The notes beneath the pieces are model-generated. The model ran no database searches. It was given only the letters and a program-made list of their open reading frames with translations, and had not been told where the DNA came from. Positions 10,601 to 19,139 of a stretch of 64,000 nucleotides of DNA are shown one piece after another. The stretch spans positions 62,001 to 126,000 of IMG/VR virus record IMGVR_UViG_3300037042_006844, one strand, 5' to 3'. A program made the translations under genes and the position numbers. Numbering within the stretch: the stretch's first letter is position 1; every line of letters begins with the position of its first letter.

Positions 10601-10672
10601 TGGTTGCTGGAGTGAGTGTCGATCCCACTTGACAAACCTTATGAGAGTTCGTCCCTTGCCGAAGGTCCAGCA
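10601..10672 (-). tRNA. atypical tRNA-CAT (Met/Ile2)
   Basis: Acceptor TGCTGGA/TCCAGCA-A-CCA, loop ctCATaa, tiny D arm, T loop ATCGACA. Confidence 0.65.
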
Positions 10673-10716
10673 GTTTCTGCTAACTGTTTATAACTATAAC
10701 AGAACCCAGATAAAAG

Positions 10717-11616
10717 TCAAGTGGAAAGTGTATTTTCACACGGCTCATACAGTTTTATGTAGTCTTTTCCATATTTTTTCTCCACATATTGTATAAACGG
10801 ACCGATGTCATTTTTGCCAATCACTTGTAATTTATGAGGAAAATATGCAAATTTTGCCTCAACCTTATCGTCCATATATCCTTTCACTTCCACATAATCA
10901 CCATTCTCCAAAATAAAATCTGGAAAAAATTTTAACTTTTTTCCAGCAAATTCATATTGAAATCCGTCGGTATTTCTTTTGAAATTTACGCCATGTTCCA
11001 ATTGATAAACTACCCATGCCAATTCCCACGAACTATTACAATAATACCCTTTATACCACCCTTGCTTCCCGCGACCTCCCTTGACACGATATCCACCCGA
11101 TTTGCCTTTCATATATCCGGTTTTTACCGCCCACTCACCATAACATTTATGAGAGCAACAGATTCTTTTAGATTTTTTAGTTTTGTAAAATGGCAGTTGA
11201 CATATAGGGCAGTTCAAATAGTTGCCGGTTTTTGGATTGTTTTTATAAAATCCAATTATTGTTTTGGATTTGTCGGATAATATTTTCTTTTCAACATCAG
11301 TCCACCTATGATGCCCACCATTTTTTTGGGTATAAATTGCAGCACATTTTGATGAACAATAATTATTATCATACCTTTTCTCAAATGGGATAGCGGAATT
11401 ACAATGTAAACATTTTTTAGGGGATTTATAATATTCTTCCCGCCGCATCTCGTGTTTTTGTGGAAGATGGTCCGCAATTGTGTGTTTGTTGTGCTCTCTG
11501 CTACAAACATTAGAACAGAAATGATTTTTATATCCTTTCTTACCCATTCTTTTTATTTCGGAAATGGATTTTGGAAATTCTATACTACATTGGGAACAAT
11601 TTACTGGTATTTTCAT
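10717..11616 (-). CDS. homing endonuclease, PD-(D/E)xK type with Zn-finger repeats
   Basis: Three CxxC..CSxxC units; SSWE...FFPDFIL...YVEVKGY. Confidence 0.75.
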   Translation of the reverse strand: MKIPVNCSQCSIEFPKSISEIKRMGKKGYKNHFCSNVCSREHNKHTIADHLPQKHEMRREEYYKSPKKCLHCNSAIPFEKRYDNNYCSSKCAAIYTQKNGGHHRWTDVEKKILSDKSKTIIGFYKNNPKTGNYLNCPICQLPFYKTKKSKRICCSHKCYGEWAVKTGYMKGKSGGYRVKGGRGKQGWYKGYYCNSSWELAWVVYQLEHGVNFKRNTDGFQYEFAGKKLKFFPDFILENGDYVEVKGYMDDKVEAKFAYFPHKLQVIGKNDIGPFIQYVEKKYGKDYIKLYEPCENTLST

Positions 11617-11637
11617 ATATCAATAAATAGCAATTTG

Positions 11638-11757
11638 TGGAGCGAAAAGAAGGTTTTTGAACTGACTATTTTAGTTAGATTTGGTTCACATGGAGAATTT
11701 TGAAATCTCGCATTATCAGTTTGGAAGACTGACGCTCTACCATTGAGCTATACCCGC
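11638..11757 (-). pseudogene. degenerate tRNA-Gly(TCC)
   Basis: Perfect 5' half GCGGGTATAGCTCAATGGTAGAGC..ctTCCaa; T arm and 3' acceptor scrambled; CGCTCCA end displaced. Confidence 0.6.
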
Positions 11758-11803
11758 ATTGACCACAACTAAAGTCTATCACACAGTGTGTGCGAAGTCA
11801 AGC

Positions 11804-12652
11804 CTACTTTCGTCTTAATATCATCTTCAAATGAATATCGTCCCGCAAAGGAATATCGAAATCTTTTGAAAACGAACTCTGAATTGGCTTAAACTTAAAT
11901 CGCTTCTCGTAAATTATTTTATACGTCTTGCCATACTCTGGCATTATTTTATTCAAAATTGCTTCGTAGGTTAAAGGCAAATAGTCCTCCAGACGTTCCC
12001 GCGACCAATTCTCTTTATACCTATACATCAACACGAACCTCACAAAATTTTTATAATCTTTGTCGATGCTGCCCCATTTTGCTTCGTAATCTTTCACCAA
12101 TTCTGGATCGGCAACTTTCTTTACACGCTCGACATCTTTTTTGAAATTGAAAACTTTTTGTAAATTTTCAGATGGTATGGTATCACGAATCACTATAAAC
12201 TCAAATCCCGCGTTGAAAATGTTGTTCCAAAATTGAGTAACGCCATCTGGCGAAGAATACGAATACACTTCGTGAATAACAGACGATAGCAACAAAGTTG
12301 GACTTTTATATTTGTGAACATTCGATGCGACTTCTGACCAATTGTTTGTAAATTTGATATTTGGATACGATGATGTTGACGCACCAATCATTTCTGGAGA
12401 AATATCATATCCAATCAATGCAATGCTTGGATTGGATTGGTGTATCTGACTCAACACATAGCCGTTGGCAGACCCAAAATCCACAATCAAATCTGGTTTG
12501 ATGTGATGCAGAAAAAATAGTTTGTCACTGACACCTTTTGCCATACCACTTAAATACGATCCCAGATCAGTAAAAGGATCATTCAGCTCTTCGTCTATGG
12601 GTTTGTTAACAAAAATTTCCCATAGAATTTCATCTAATCTATGCGATGCCAT
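11804..12652 (-). CDS. class I SAM-dependent methyltransferase
   Basis: IVDFGSANG, GYDISPEMI, SSVIHEVYSY. Confidence 0.8.
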   Translation of the reverse strand: MASHRLDEILWEIFVNKPIDEELNDPFTDLGSYLSGMAKGVSDKLFFLHHIKPDLIVDFGSANGYVLSQIHQSNPSIALIGYDISPEMIGASTSSYPNIKFTNNWSEVASNVHKYKSPTLLLSSVIHEVYSYSSPDGVTQFWNNIFNAGFEFIVIRDTIPSENLQKVFNFKKDVERVKKVADPELVKDYEAKWGSIDKDYKNFVRFVLMYRYKENWSRERLEDYLPLTYEAILNKIMPEYGKTYKIIYEKRFKFKPIQSSFSKDFDIPLRDDIHLKMILRRK

Positions 12653-12703
12653 GTATGCTATAAATAGTTGAACGCTGTCATAAAACTCGACATATTTATA
12701 ACT

Positions 12704-13114
12704 ATGCCAACATCAAAATTAAAATCGGTCCTTCGCCAATTGCTGCGAGAAATTCACGAAGAGCAATCCAATATCAAACTCGACAAAAAGAACGTGTCGT
12801 TCAAAGAAATTTCGTATATTTCTGCCAAAAAAATGTTTAGGATGGAAGTTGCATTGGTAAACGTGCCACGTCATCTTGATAATCCAGATGAAATGGCACA
12901 AGCATTCAAAGATTTTCTTGAAGCGACATATCCAAAAAACACACAATTTAGCACACCAGTATTTGATGCGTTTTATGACAACAAACGCAAATCATACAAA
13001 GTGACTCGCGAAACAGACTGGCAAGTAAGTCCCGGAGCCATTGCAAATCCACATGGATGGGGTTCCTCAAAAGGTAATGCGGTCACTGCTGTCACTTTTG
13101 TAACATCACCATAA
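12704..13114 (+). CDS. hypothetical protein
   Basis: TATTTATA motif before ATG; LKSVLRQLLRE N-terminus. Confidence 0.6.
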   Translation: MPTSKLKSVLRQLLREIHEEQSNIKLDKKNVSFKEISYISAKKMFRMEVALVNVPRHLDNPDEMAQAFKDFLEATYPKNTQFSTPVFDAFYDNKRKSYKVTRETDWQVSPGAIANPHGWGSSKGNAVTAVTFVTSP

Positions 13115-13120
13115 AAGTTT

Positions 13121-13369
13121 TGACGTAGCTGTAGCCGATGTCCTGTTCTATTCCTACATTTATCTCAGCATTGCTGCTGGTTGTTCGTTAAAAACAACTG
13201 CTCCAACCTTGTCCTAATAACGTGCAGCACTACACTCGGACACTTTAGGATTACTGCTAATTTGTGGTAATAACGAGTTAAAAACTCTTCCAACATCTGC
13301 TGTGCAGCATCGAACTTCCTCTAACACTGAATGGTCAAATCCAATGCCAGCGTAGGATCGCTTGCGTCA
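13121..13369 (-). ncRNA. rnpB: RNase P RNA (compact, ~250 nt)
   Basis: P1 GACGCAAGC/GCTACGTC; GAGGAAGTTCGATG pairs with CATCGGCT (P4 with bulged U); P2 TCCTAC/GTAGGA after AGATAAAT; P3 hairpin. Confidence 0.85.
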
Positions 13370-13456
13370 AAATTAAATAATTCTTTATATAAAGGGCATC
13401 ATTGCCAATTCATATTCATATTTATATACTCAATCGGTCAACCCCGATTTGCAACA

Positions 13457-14089
13457 ATGAACACAATGAAAACCACAATGATGAAACTTGTTTTAACGAT
13501 GATGTTAACATCATTCTGTTTGGTATCAAACGGAGGCACCATTTTTGGAACCTCGCATGACCTCGGCACAAAAGGCTGGGGAACAACAGAAACATGTAAA
13601 TTTTGTCACGCGCCACATCAAAACCAAGCTGTAGCAAACGCTCCCCTTTGGAATCGCACGTTAACAGTTCAAACATATGTTCTATATGGCAGTCCTTCTT
13701 ATAAAGGAAAAGGTAATCAGCCCGGAGTAGAATCGTTGATGTGTTTGAGTTGTCACGATGGAACTGTCGCACTTGATTCTTTTGGAAACGGTGGAATCAT
13801 ACAACAAGGCACTCATATGATCGGTGAAAATCGAATGATTGGTGGTAAAGGCACCCTTGCCCACGATCATCCAATCGCATTTGCATATGATGCAGCACTA
13901 TTGGCAGAAGATAATAAACTAGTTCAGCCAGTGTCGGCAGCATTCGTTGATGCAAGCCATAATATTCCATTGTATGCAACCAAAATGGAATGTGCTTCAT
14001 GCCATGACCCGCACGATAATGGTTTCGGCAATTTTTTGCGTATGGACAATTCAGCAAGTGGATTGTGCATAAAATGCCATTTGAAATAA
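13457..14089 (+). CDS. secreted multiheme cytochrome c (doubled-CXXCH / cytochrome c3-like family)
   Basis: Signal peptide; four CXXCH (CKFCH, CLSCH, CASCH, CIKCH), CHxPH and DHPI motifs. Confidence 0.9.
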   Translation: MNTMKTTMMKLVLTMMLTSFCLVSNGGTIFGTSHDLGTKGWGTTETCKFCHAPHQNQAVANAPLWNRTLTVQTYVLYGSPSYKGKGNQPGVESLMCLSCHDGTVALDSFGNGGIIQQGTHMIGENRMIGGKGTLAHDHPIAFAYDAALLAEDNKLVQPVSAAFVDASHNIPLYATKMECASCHDPHDNGFGNFLRMDNSASGLCIKCHLK

Positions 14090-14139
14090 CACTCGAAGTA
14101 TCTAAACAACAAAAGCCATCTTTTACGATGGCTTTTTGT

Positions 14140-14349
14140 TTATATTTTCTCGACGAGGATTTGTTCCCCTAGTGATTTGTTCATGCAAACCTTTGTATTG
14201 CAAATCATACAAATCAAATTGGTAGATATTACACTGATGACTACTCCCTTCACTAGCCCCATCTCTTGCAAGCGTTGACTGTCTATTTTAATTTGAACTA
14301 GCTTGCCCTTCTCACCCAGCTTCAAATCGGTTAATCTACAGAGGCTCAT
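14140..14349 (-). CDS. feoA: FeoA family protein
   Basis: LTDLKLGEKGKLV...RLQEMGLVKGVVI...ILVE. Confidence 0.85.
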   Translation of the reverse strand: MSLCRLTDLKLGEKGKLVQIKIDSQRLQEMGLVKGVVISVISTNLICMICNTKVCMNKSLGEQILVEKI

Positions 14350-14594
14350 TAAATTTCAGTCAGTGTTTGATGAACGTGCCCTGTGGCAACTAGATTTTTT
14401 CTCGTAACATATGATCACTAGTTACAATTTTTTCTAAAATTACACCCTTAACTGACGTATAAATAGATGCTACGATAAAATTTGCTAGCAACATGCGTTC
14501 TTGGTGGTATTTATCGTCCTATATGAATTAGACGTTTATTTTGGATTCCACAAACACTTTACTGTGTTTACCATGTATCTATCGTAACAAAAAT

Positions 14595-14668
14595 TGGCAG
14601 GGGATGAAGGAATCGAACCTTCACTAGTTGATCCAAAGTCAACTGCACTACCATTATGCAAATCCCCA
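14595..14668 (-). tRNA. tRNA-Gln(TTG)
   Basis: cloverleaf, CCA. Confidence 0.9.
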
Positions 14669-14681
14669 GTTCTAAAAAAAT

Positions 14682-14755
14682 TGGTGCGGGATGAGAGAAT
14701 TGAACTCTCCACTCAACATTGGCAATGTCGTGTTATACCGATTAACTAATCCCGC
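14682..14755 (-). tRNA. tRNA-Gly(GCC)
   Basis: cloverleaf, CCA. Confidence 0.9.
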
Positions 14756-14759
14756 ACTA

Positions 14760-14847
14760 TGGAGTGTTGTGTAGGAATCGAACCTACTCCGTGTTTTACC
14801 ACATCCGTTTTGCAGACGGCTGACTTCCCATTCGTCATCAACAACAC
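14760..14847 (-). tRNA. tRNA-Cys(GCA) with long variable arm
   Basis: ctGCAaa loop, U73, extra arm TGTGGTAAAACACG. Confidence 0.8.
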
Positions 14848-14871
14848 AAATTAAACACACCAAACTAAAAA

Positions 14872-14947
14872 TGGTGGACCTGACAGGGATCGAACCTGCT
14901 ACATTCTGCTTGCAAAGCAGACGCTCTCCCAAATGAGCTACAAGCCC
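14872..14947 (-). tRNA. tRNA-Ala(TGC)
   Basis: cloverleaf, G3.U70, CCA. Confidence 0.92.
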
Positions 14948-14953
14948 AGAAAA

Positions 14954-15047
14954 TGGCGGAAGCGAAGGGTGCTGCCCCCTTAGTCGTTTTTTAGACGACG
15001 GCAGTTTAGCAAACTGCTGTGAAAACCTAACTATTCACGTCACTTCC
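14954..15047 (-). tRNA. tRNA-Ser(GCT)
   Basis: long arm, G73, atypical T loop. Confidence 0.8.
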
Positions 15048-15053
15048 AAAAAA

Positions 15054-15143
15054 TGGCGGTATACAGAGGACTCCAACCCCAGCCCCTTGCGGGACCAATC
15101 TGATTTCGAATCAGTTCTAGCACGACTGTCTAGTTTATATACC
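15054..15143 (-). tRNA. tRNA-Ser(CGA)
   Basis: long arm, G73, CCA. Confidence 0.8.
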
Positions 15144-15171
15144 AAAAATGGCGGATGAGCCATGCTCCATA

Positions 15172-15678
15172 TTAAATTTTCTTTTCTACCGTATAACCGT
15201 TGTGTATAAGAACCTCTTTACACAATTTTATAAAATCTTCTACTAACAAATCGCCTTTTGCCATATTAGCTTCTTTACAAGCCAACCCTAAATTTGTTAT
15301 TTCACATCCACCATTTTTCGACACAGGAATAATATGGTCACAATTATAGGTTTTTGGTTCTAATAAGTCAATCTTTCTTCCTGTTAAGTAACATACAGGA
15401 GTTTCTAACACTTTCTCTTTGAATTCTTTTGAAGAAAAGACTAGATCGGCTCTTTTTCCTTTACAATTTCTATTTCCATTTATAAAACTAAAATTGTCTT
15501 TTTTCCTTTTAAGAATTCCATTTAGAGTTTTTTTATAACTCTTAAATCTAATTTTTGACTTTTCTTTTTGTCCTATACCGCAATGATATGCTATAGTTCC
15601 TTTAGAACAACCTAAAAGTTTTCGTATTTCAGCATACGATCTGCCTTCACTTCTCAATCTTAATATGTTTTCTTTCAT
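15172..15678 (-). CDS. HNH homing endonuclease with N-terminal HTH
   Basis: GRSYAEIRKLLGCSKGTI; CYLTG...DHIIPVSKNG..EITNLGLACKEANMAK. Confidence 0.85.
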   Translation of the reverse strand: MKENILRLRSEGRSYAEIRKLLGCSKGTIAYHCGIGQKEKSKIRFKSYKKTLNGILKRKKDNFSFINGNRNCKGKRADLVFSSKEFKEKVLETPVCYLTGRKIDLLEPKTYNCDHIIPVSKNGGCEITNLGLACKEANMAKGDLLVEDFIKLCKEVLIHNGYTVEKKI

Positions 15679-15750
15679 ACTAATACATATGAAAGAGTTC
15701 GAATAAAAATCAATAAAAATATTCGAACCAGTATTTTTATTTTCAAAGAG

Positions 15751-15838
15751 CGGAAGCCAAGGGAATCGAACCCCTGCCGCCTTTCGACGGTTTAGTTTTC
15801 AAGACTAACGCAGCAAACCAACATCTGACCTGACTTCC
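15751..15838 (-). tRNA. tRNA-Ser(TGA), no encoded CCA
   Basis: long arm, ctTGAaa, 3' end abuts HNH cassette. Confidence 0.85.
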
Positions 15839-15844
15839 GTAAAT

Positions 15845-15919
15845 TGGTGGAGCCTAGCGGTTACGCTCCGCTGACCTCGCATTGCAAGTGCGATGTGTTA
15901 CTATTAGCACCAAGACCCC
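15845..15919 (-). tRNA. tRNA-Ala(TGC)
   Basis: G3.U70, atypical T loop AGCGTAA. Confidence 0.8.
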
Positions 15920-15928
15920 ATTAAACTG

Positions 15929-16005
15929 TGGTGCGAACGATGGGAGTCGAACCCATACTGTAGAAATTTTAAGTTTCTTGTCTCCTTCCGTTGGACTACG
16001 TTCGC
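15929..16005 (-). tRNA. tRNA-Leu(TAA), short variable loop
   Basis: cloverleaf, CCA. Confidence 0.88.
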
Positions 16006-16011
16006 AAAAAT

Positions 16012-16089
16012 TGGTAGCATCGACTGGATTCGAACCAGCACTGTTTTCATTTTGAGTGAAACGCCTCCTTCCAATTGGGCTACGATGCC
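16012..16089 (-). tRNA. tRNA-Leu(CAA), short variable loop
   Basis: cloverleaf, CCA. Confidence 0.88.
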
Positions 16090-16092
16090 ATT

Positions 16093-16337
16093 ATGAACTA
16101 CCCACCCGCTAAAGCAAGTGGGTTTCCCCGTTGCTCTAACATTAGGGTTTCTATAGGGTAGTTCCTACCCTTTACAAACTCTGTTTTTGGAAATGAGAAG
16201 TCCAAGATATTCTTGGCCGCATTCACATCTCTATCGTGATTTGTGTTACAATTGAGAAAGTATCAAACTATTGTCAATGGGTCGCATTCATCCCAAACCC
16301 TATAGGGAATTGGGTTTTCTGCTCCCACAAAGATAAA
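16093..16337 (-). mobile_element. internally deleted IS200/IS605 element (TnpB C-terminal remnant plus both ends)
   Basis: Reads NCNTNHDRDVNAAKNIL; right end hairpin ...GGGTAGTTCAT; left end TTTAT..TGGGAGCAGAAAA. Confidence 0.8.
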
Positions 16338-16351
16338 TTACAAAAAAATCG

Positions 16352-16912
16352 TCAAAACTTTTCGAGTGTGATTACGTCCAGCCCATTTTTCCATGCGTTT
16401 AGGTAATTCTCACTTTTTTGTTTGTTCCGCATATCCCACACGGTTGTTGCACCTACGCACGGATCAATCAACTCAAGCAAACTTGGAGTCCAAGTCGGAT
16501 CAACGATGTCTTCAAGAACTAAAATACCACCAGATTTAACTTTTGGCAAGTAGTTTTTCAAAAAGAACACCATCGACTCATATGAATGAGGACCGTCGTC
16601 TATCACTATATCAAAAAAATTGTTCTGAAACAAATTCGCGGATTCAATCGTGTATCCGTCTCTTTGCATAAACGTAATTCGACTTTTGTCTACGAAATTA
16701 CAATCGTTTATGTCCATCCCATATATTTGGGCATTTGTAAAAAAATCTCTCCATGTTGTGATCGATCCGCCGCTTCCGACTCCCAACTCTAGCACGTTTG
16801 CTGTGGAGTGTTGTCTAGGAGAAAAGAGTTTATCATAAAACTCGTCATAATATCCTAAAACTTCTTTGTCGGTTCGCGGTCCTATTTGAATTGAAAACTC
16901 TTTGAATGTCAT
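16352..16912 (-). CDS. class I SAM methyltransferase (TDK...VLELGV...IDDGPH family)
   Basis: LELGVGSG, YGMDI, IDDGPH, GGILVLED. Confidence 0.85.
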   Translation of the reverse strand: MTFKEFSIQIGPRTDKEVLGYYDEFYDKLFSPRQHSTANVLELGVGSGGSITTWRDFFTNAQIYGMDINDCNFVDKSRITFMQRDGYTIESANLFQNNFFDIVIDDGPHSYESMVFFLKNYLPKVKSGGILVLEDIVDPTWTPSLLELIDPCVGATTVWDMRNKQKSENYLNAWKNGLDVITLEKF

Positions 16913-16949
16913 ATGTTCAACAATACATAGATCGTCAATAACTAAAAAG

Positions 16950-17027
16950 TGGTGGCACCGACAGGATTTGAACCCGCACATTTTCCGGTCTAAACGGAAC
17001 GTCTCCTTCCAGTTGGACTACAGTGCC
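16950..17027 (-). tRNA. tRNA-Leu(TAG), short variable loop
   Basis: cloverleaf, CCA. Confidence 0.88.
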
Positions 17028-17039
17028 TCTAGTAAAAAA

Positions 17040-17117
17040 TGGTGGTGATGACTGGATTCGAACCAGCACTGTTTACCTCCTCAAGGTAACGCCTCCTTCC
17101 AATTGGGCTACATCACC
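17040..17117 (-). tRNA. tRNA-Leu(GAG), short variable loop
   Basis: cloverleaf, CCA. Confidence 0.88.
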
Positions 17118-17127
17118 GATCTTAAAA

Positions 17128-17205
17128 TGGTCCACCCGCACAGATTTGAACTGTGGTTATTCTTGCTCCCAGGGCAAGTGCCATACCAGGCTAGGCGACG
17201 GATGG
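17128..17205 (-). tRNA. tRNA-Pro(TGG)
   Basis: cloverleaf, CCA. Confidence 0.85.
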
Positions 17206-17211
17206 AATAAA

Positions 17212-17285
17212 TGGTAGGCAGTAGTGGAGTCGAACCACTCATTTACGGATGTAAACCGAACGTTATACCGATTAACTAACCGCCC
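17212..17285 (-). tRNA. tRNA-Val(TAC)
   Basis: cloverleaf, CCA. Confidence 0.88.
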
Positions 17286-17319
17286 ACACTAAAATTGTTA
17301 ACTGTCACTACATTTCAAC

Positions 17320-17420
17320 TTTACCGCCATATGGGTTCTGCTTTCGGCATATCACCCAGTGACCGATCAAGTGTTTTGCTTTTCAGCGGGGACACCAGAG
17401 AGAGTTTCAACCCCAACCAC
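17320..17420 (-). ncRNA. conserved structured leader of tRNA array 1
   Basis: Shares TTGAAACTC and TTGATnGGTC..TGGGTG.TATGCCGAAAGCAGAACCCATA with 35568-35685. Confidence 0.6.
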
Positions 17421-17426
17421 ATATAC

Positions 17427-17454
17427 ATCTTACCATATCTCACCAACTTGTCAA
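17427..17454 (-). promoter_or_regulatory. sigma70-type promoter of tRNA array 1
   Basis: TTGACA-16 bp-TAAGAT. Confidence 0.75.
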
Positions 17455-17479
17455 CAGGCTTTTTGCAAAACATTTCAAC

Positions 17480-17614
17480 AAAAAAACCGTTGGTCATTTT
17501 AAGACCAACGGTTACTTGAGAATGTTCGGGAAAAAGCAACCATCAGCCTCAGGTCAAACTAGGTTGACCCGCGAGCACTAACAAGGATGATTGCAGACTG
17601 TTTTTCATGTTCAT
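17480..17614 (-). promoter_or_regulatory. leader-peptide attenuator 1 (MNMKNSLQSSLLVLAGQPSLT*)
   Basis: ORF 17614-17549; 15-bp antiterminator 17548-17534 with 17517-17503; terminator 17513-17480. Confidence 0.8.
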
Positions 17615-17723
17615 TAATACATATAACGAAAATTTGAAAAACGTTAAAAATTTCTGTATTTACACAACAAAAAACCGTTGGATTGCTCCAACGGTCGCGG
17701 AAATGGATTGATAATCTATTATC

Positions 17724-18428
17724 TTAGAATGTCAATCTGAGACCCGCACAATACACCAAATCGTTTTCAAACTGCTTTAGTGCAAATGCTTTAGTTGTGG
17801 TTTGCCAATTGCCATTGTCATACCAAGCAACTTCGGCGTATGGGGTAACTGTTCCCCATTTATATGCAAACGGACGAGTCAACGTTGCCTTGGCATTCAA
17901 AGCTTCGTAGTCAGTCATCTTGCCCCATTCGACTGCTGGAGTAAGAACCAGACCGAGGAAGAGTTTTTGAGCACGTTCAGCACCCACAAAATAACCATTC
18001 TGATTTAGTTCAAAATTGAATGCTCCACGAACATATGGGGTGATCCAAGGGTTCGCAATCGCCAGCTTTGCGCCAGCTTCGGTTGAATTTCCGATGCCAC
18101 TTGACACGGTTTGATGGCGCAGAACAGTTGCATCTGCACGAAACGAGATGTTGGTTGAGACTGGAAGGCTTCTGCCAAGACCCAACAACCAGTGGCTTTG
18201 ATCTTGACTGCCATTTGCCAATAGCAATCCGCTGACATACACATCAGCATACTTGAGTGATTTCACTGCACCAATTCCGGCGTATGGAGTATCGGTGGCA
18301 TAGGTAACGCCGTTAACCACGTATGCAGTTGTATAACCACCTTCGACGGCAACAGTTGCGACATCTGCCGCACGGACAATAGTTACAGCCGCCAGTAGTG
18401 TTAATACGAACAATGTTAGTTTCTTCAT
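17724..18428 (-). CDS. outer-membrane beta-barrel protein (TorF-like putative porin)
   Basis: Signal peptide, amphipathic strands, C-terminal GLRLTF. Confidence 0.75.
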   Translation of the reverse strand: MKKLTLFVLTLLAAVTIVRAADVATVAVEGGYTTAYVVNGVTYATDTPYAGIGAVKSLKYADVYVSGLLLANGSQDQSHWLLGLGRSLPVSTNISFRADATVLRHQTVSSGIGNSTEAGAKLAIANPWITPYVRGAFNFELNQNGYFVGAERAQKLFLGLVLTPAVEWGKMTDYEALNAKATLTRPFAYKWGTVTPYAEVAWYDNGNWQTTTKAFALKQFENDLVYCAGLRLTF

Positions 18429-18706
18429 AGTCTATCTTACTTATCTTTCTTTTTGTTGTGTTTGTTGTTGTTTAGAACTGCTCACCACATCAACATTTTT
18501 TACCACTATCGTTTTTTGGACAATAGTAGGATTGTTGTTGTGTGTTGCACAGTCCTCCGTTTTTAGAAACTATGCAGCACCCACTGCTTAGTCCAAAAAA
18601 TCTGCTAAAAAATCGTCTAACGTATCCTAACATAAAGCATCCTTTCATACTACATTGTGGCAATATATATCATTGCGTATGCTATAGATATGTTTTATTT
18701 TGGGAC

Positions 18707-19042
18707 TCAGGATTGCTTGCGAAGCTTGCGTTGAATGGTTTTATCTTTTTCTGGCATGTAGGCATAGAACGCAGTATTCTTCGTAGAATCTTCTTCAAGA
18801 ATGCGAATCGTGTCCATAGAAATACCAGCAATTTTTACTATTGCGCTTCGAATAAATTCAAAATTGCTGCTACCAGAAGTTATGATGCCCATGCCATAAG
18901 CTAGTGGACGATAACTGACTTCTTGAATTCCATAATGATTTTTCAAGGTATTGCGAACCAATGTTTTCAACCCATCGTTGAAAACAGCAGCAGCAATTTC
19001 TTGCATACTCATATTGTTGTTTATAATGATACTGTCATTCAT
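18707..19042 (-). CDS. hypothetical protein
   Basis: ORF behind TTGACG..TATAAT promoter. Confidence 0.6.
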   Translation of the reverse strand: MNDSIIINNNMSMQEIAAAVFNDGLKTLVRNTLKNHYGIQEVSYRPLAYGMGIITSGSSNFEFIRSAIVKIAGISMDTIRILEEDSTKNTAFYAYMPEKDKTIQRKLRKQS

Positions 19043-19139
19043 ACATGCTTATATTATACCGAATTTTGTTTCCGTCAAGAGAAAAAAATACACCCGCCCG
19101 AAAGCAGGTGTATTTTCGTTATAAAACTGAATTTAGATT

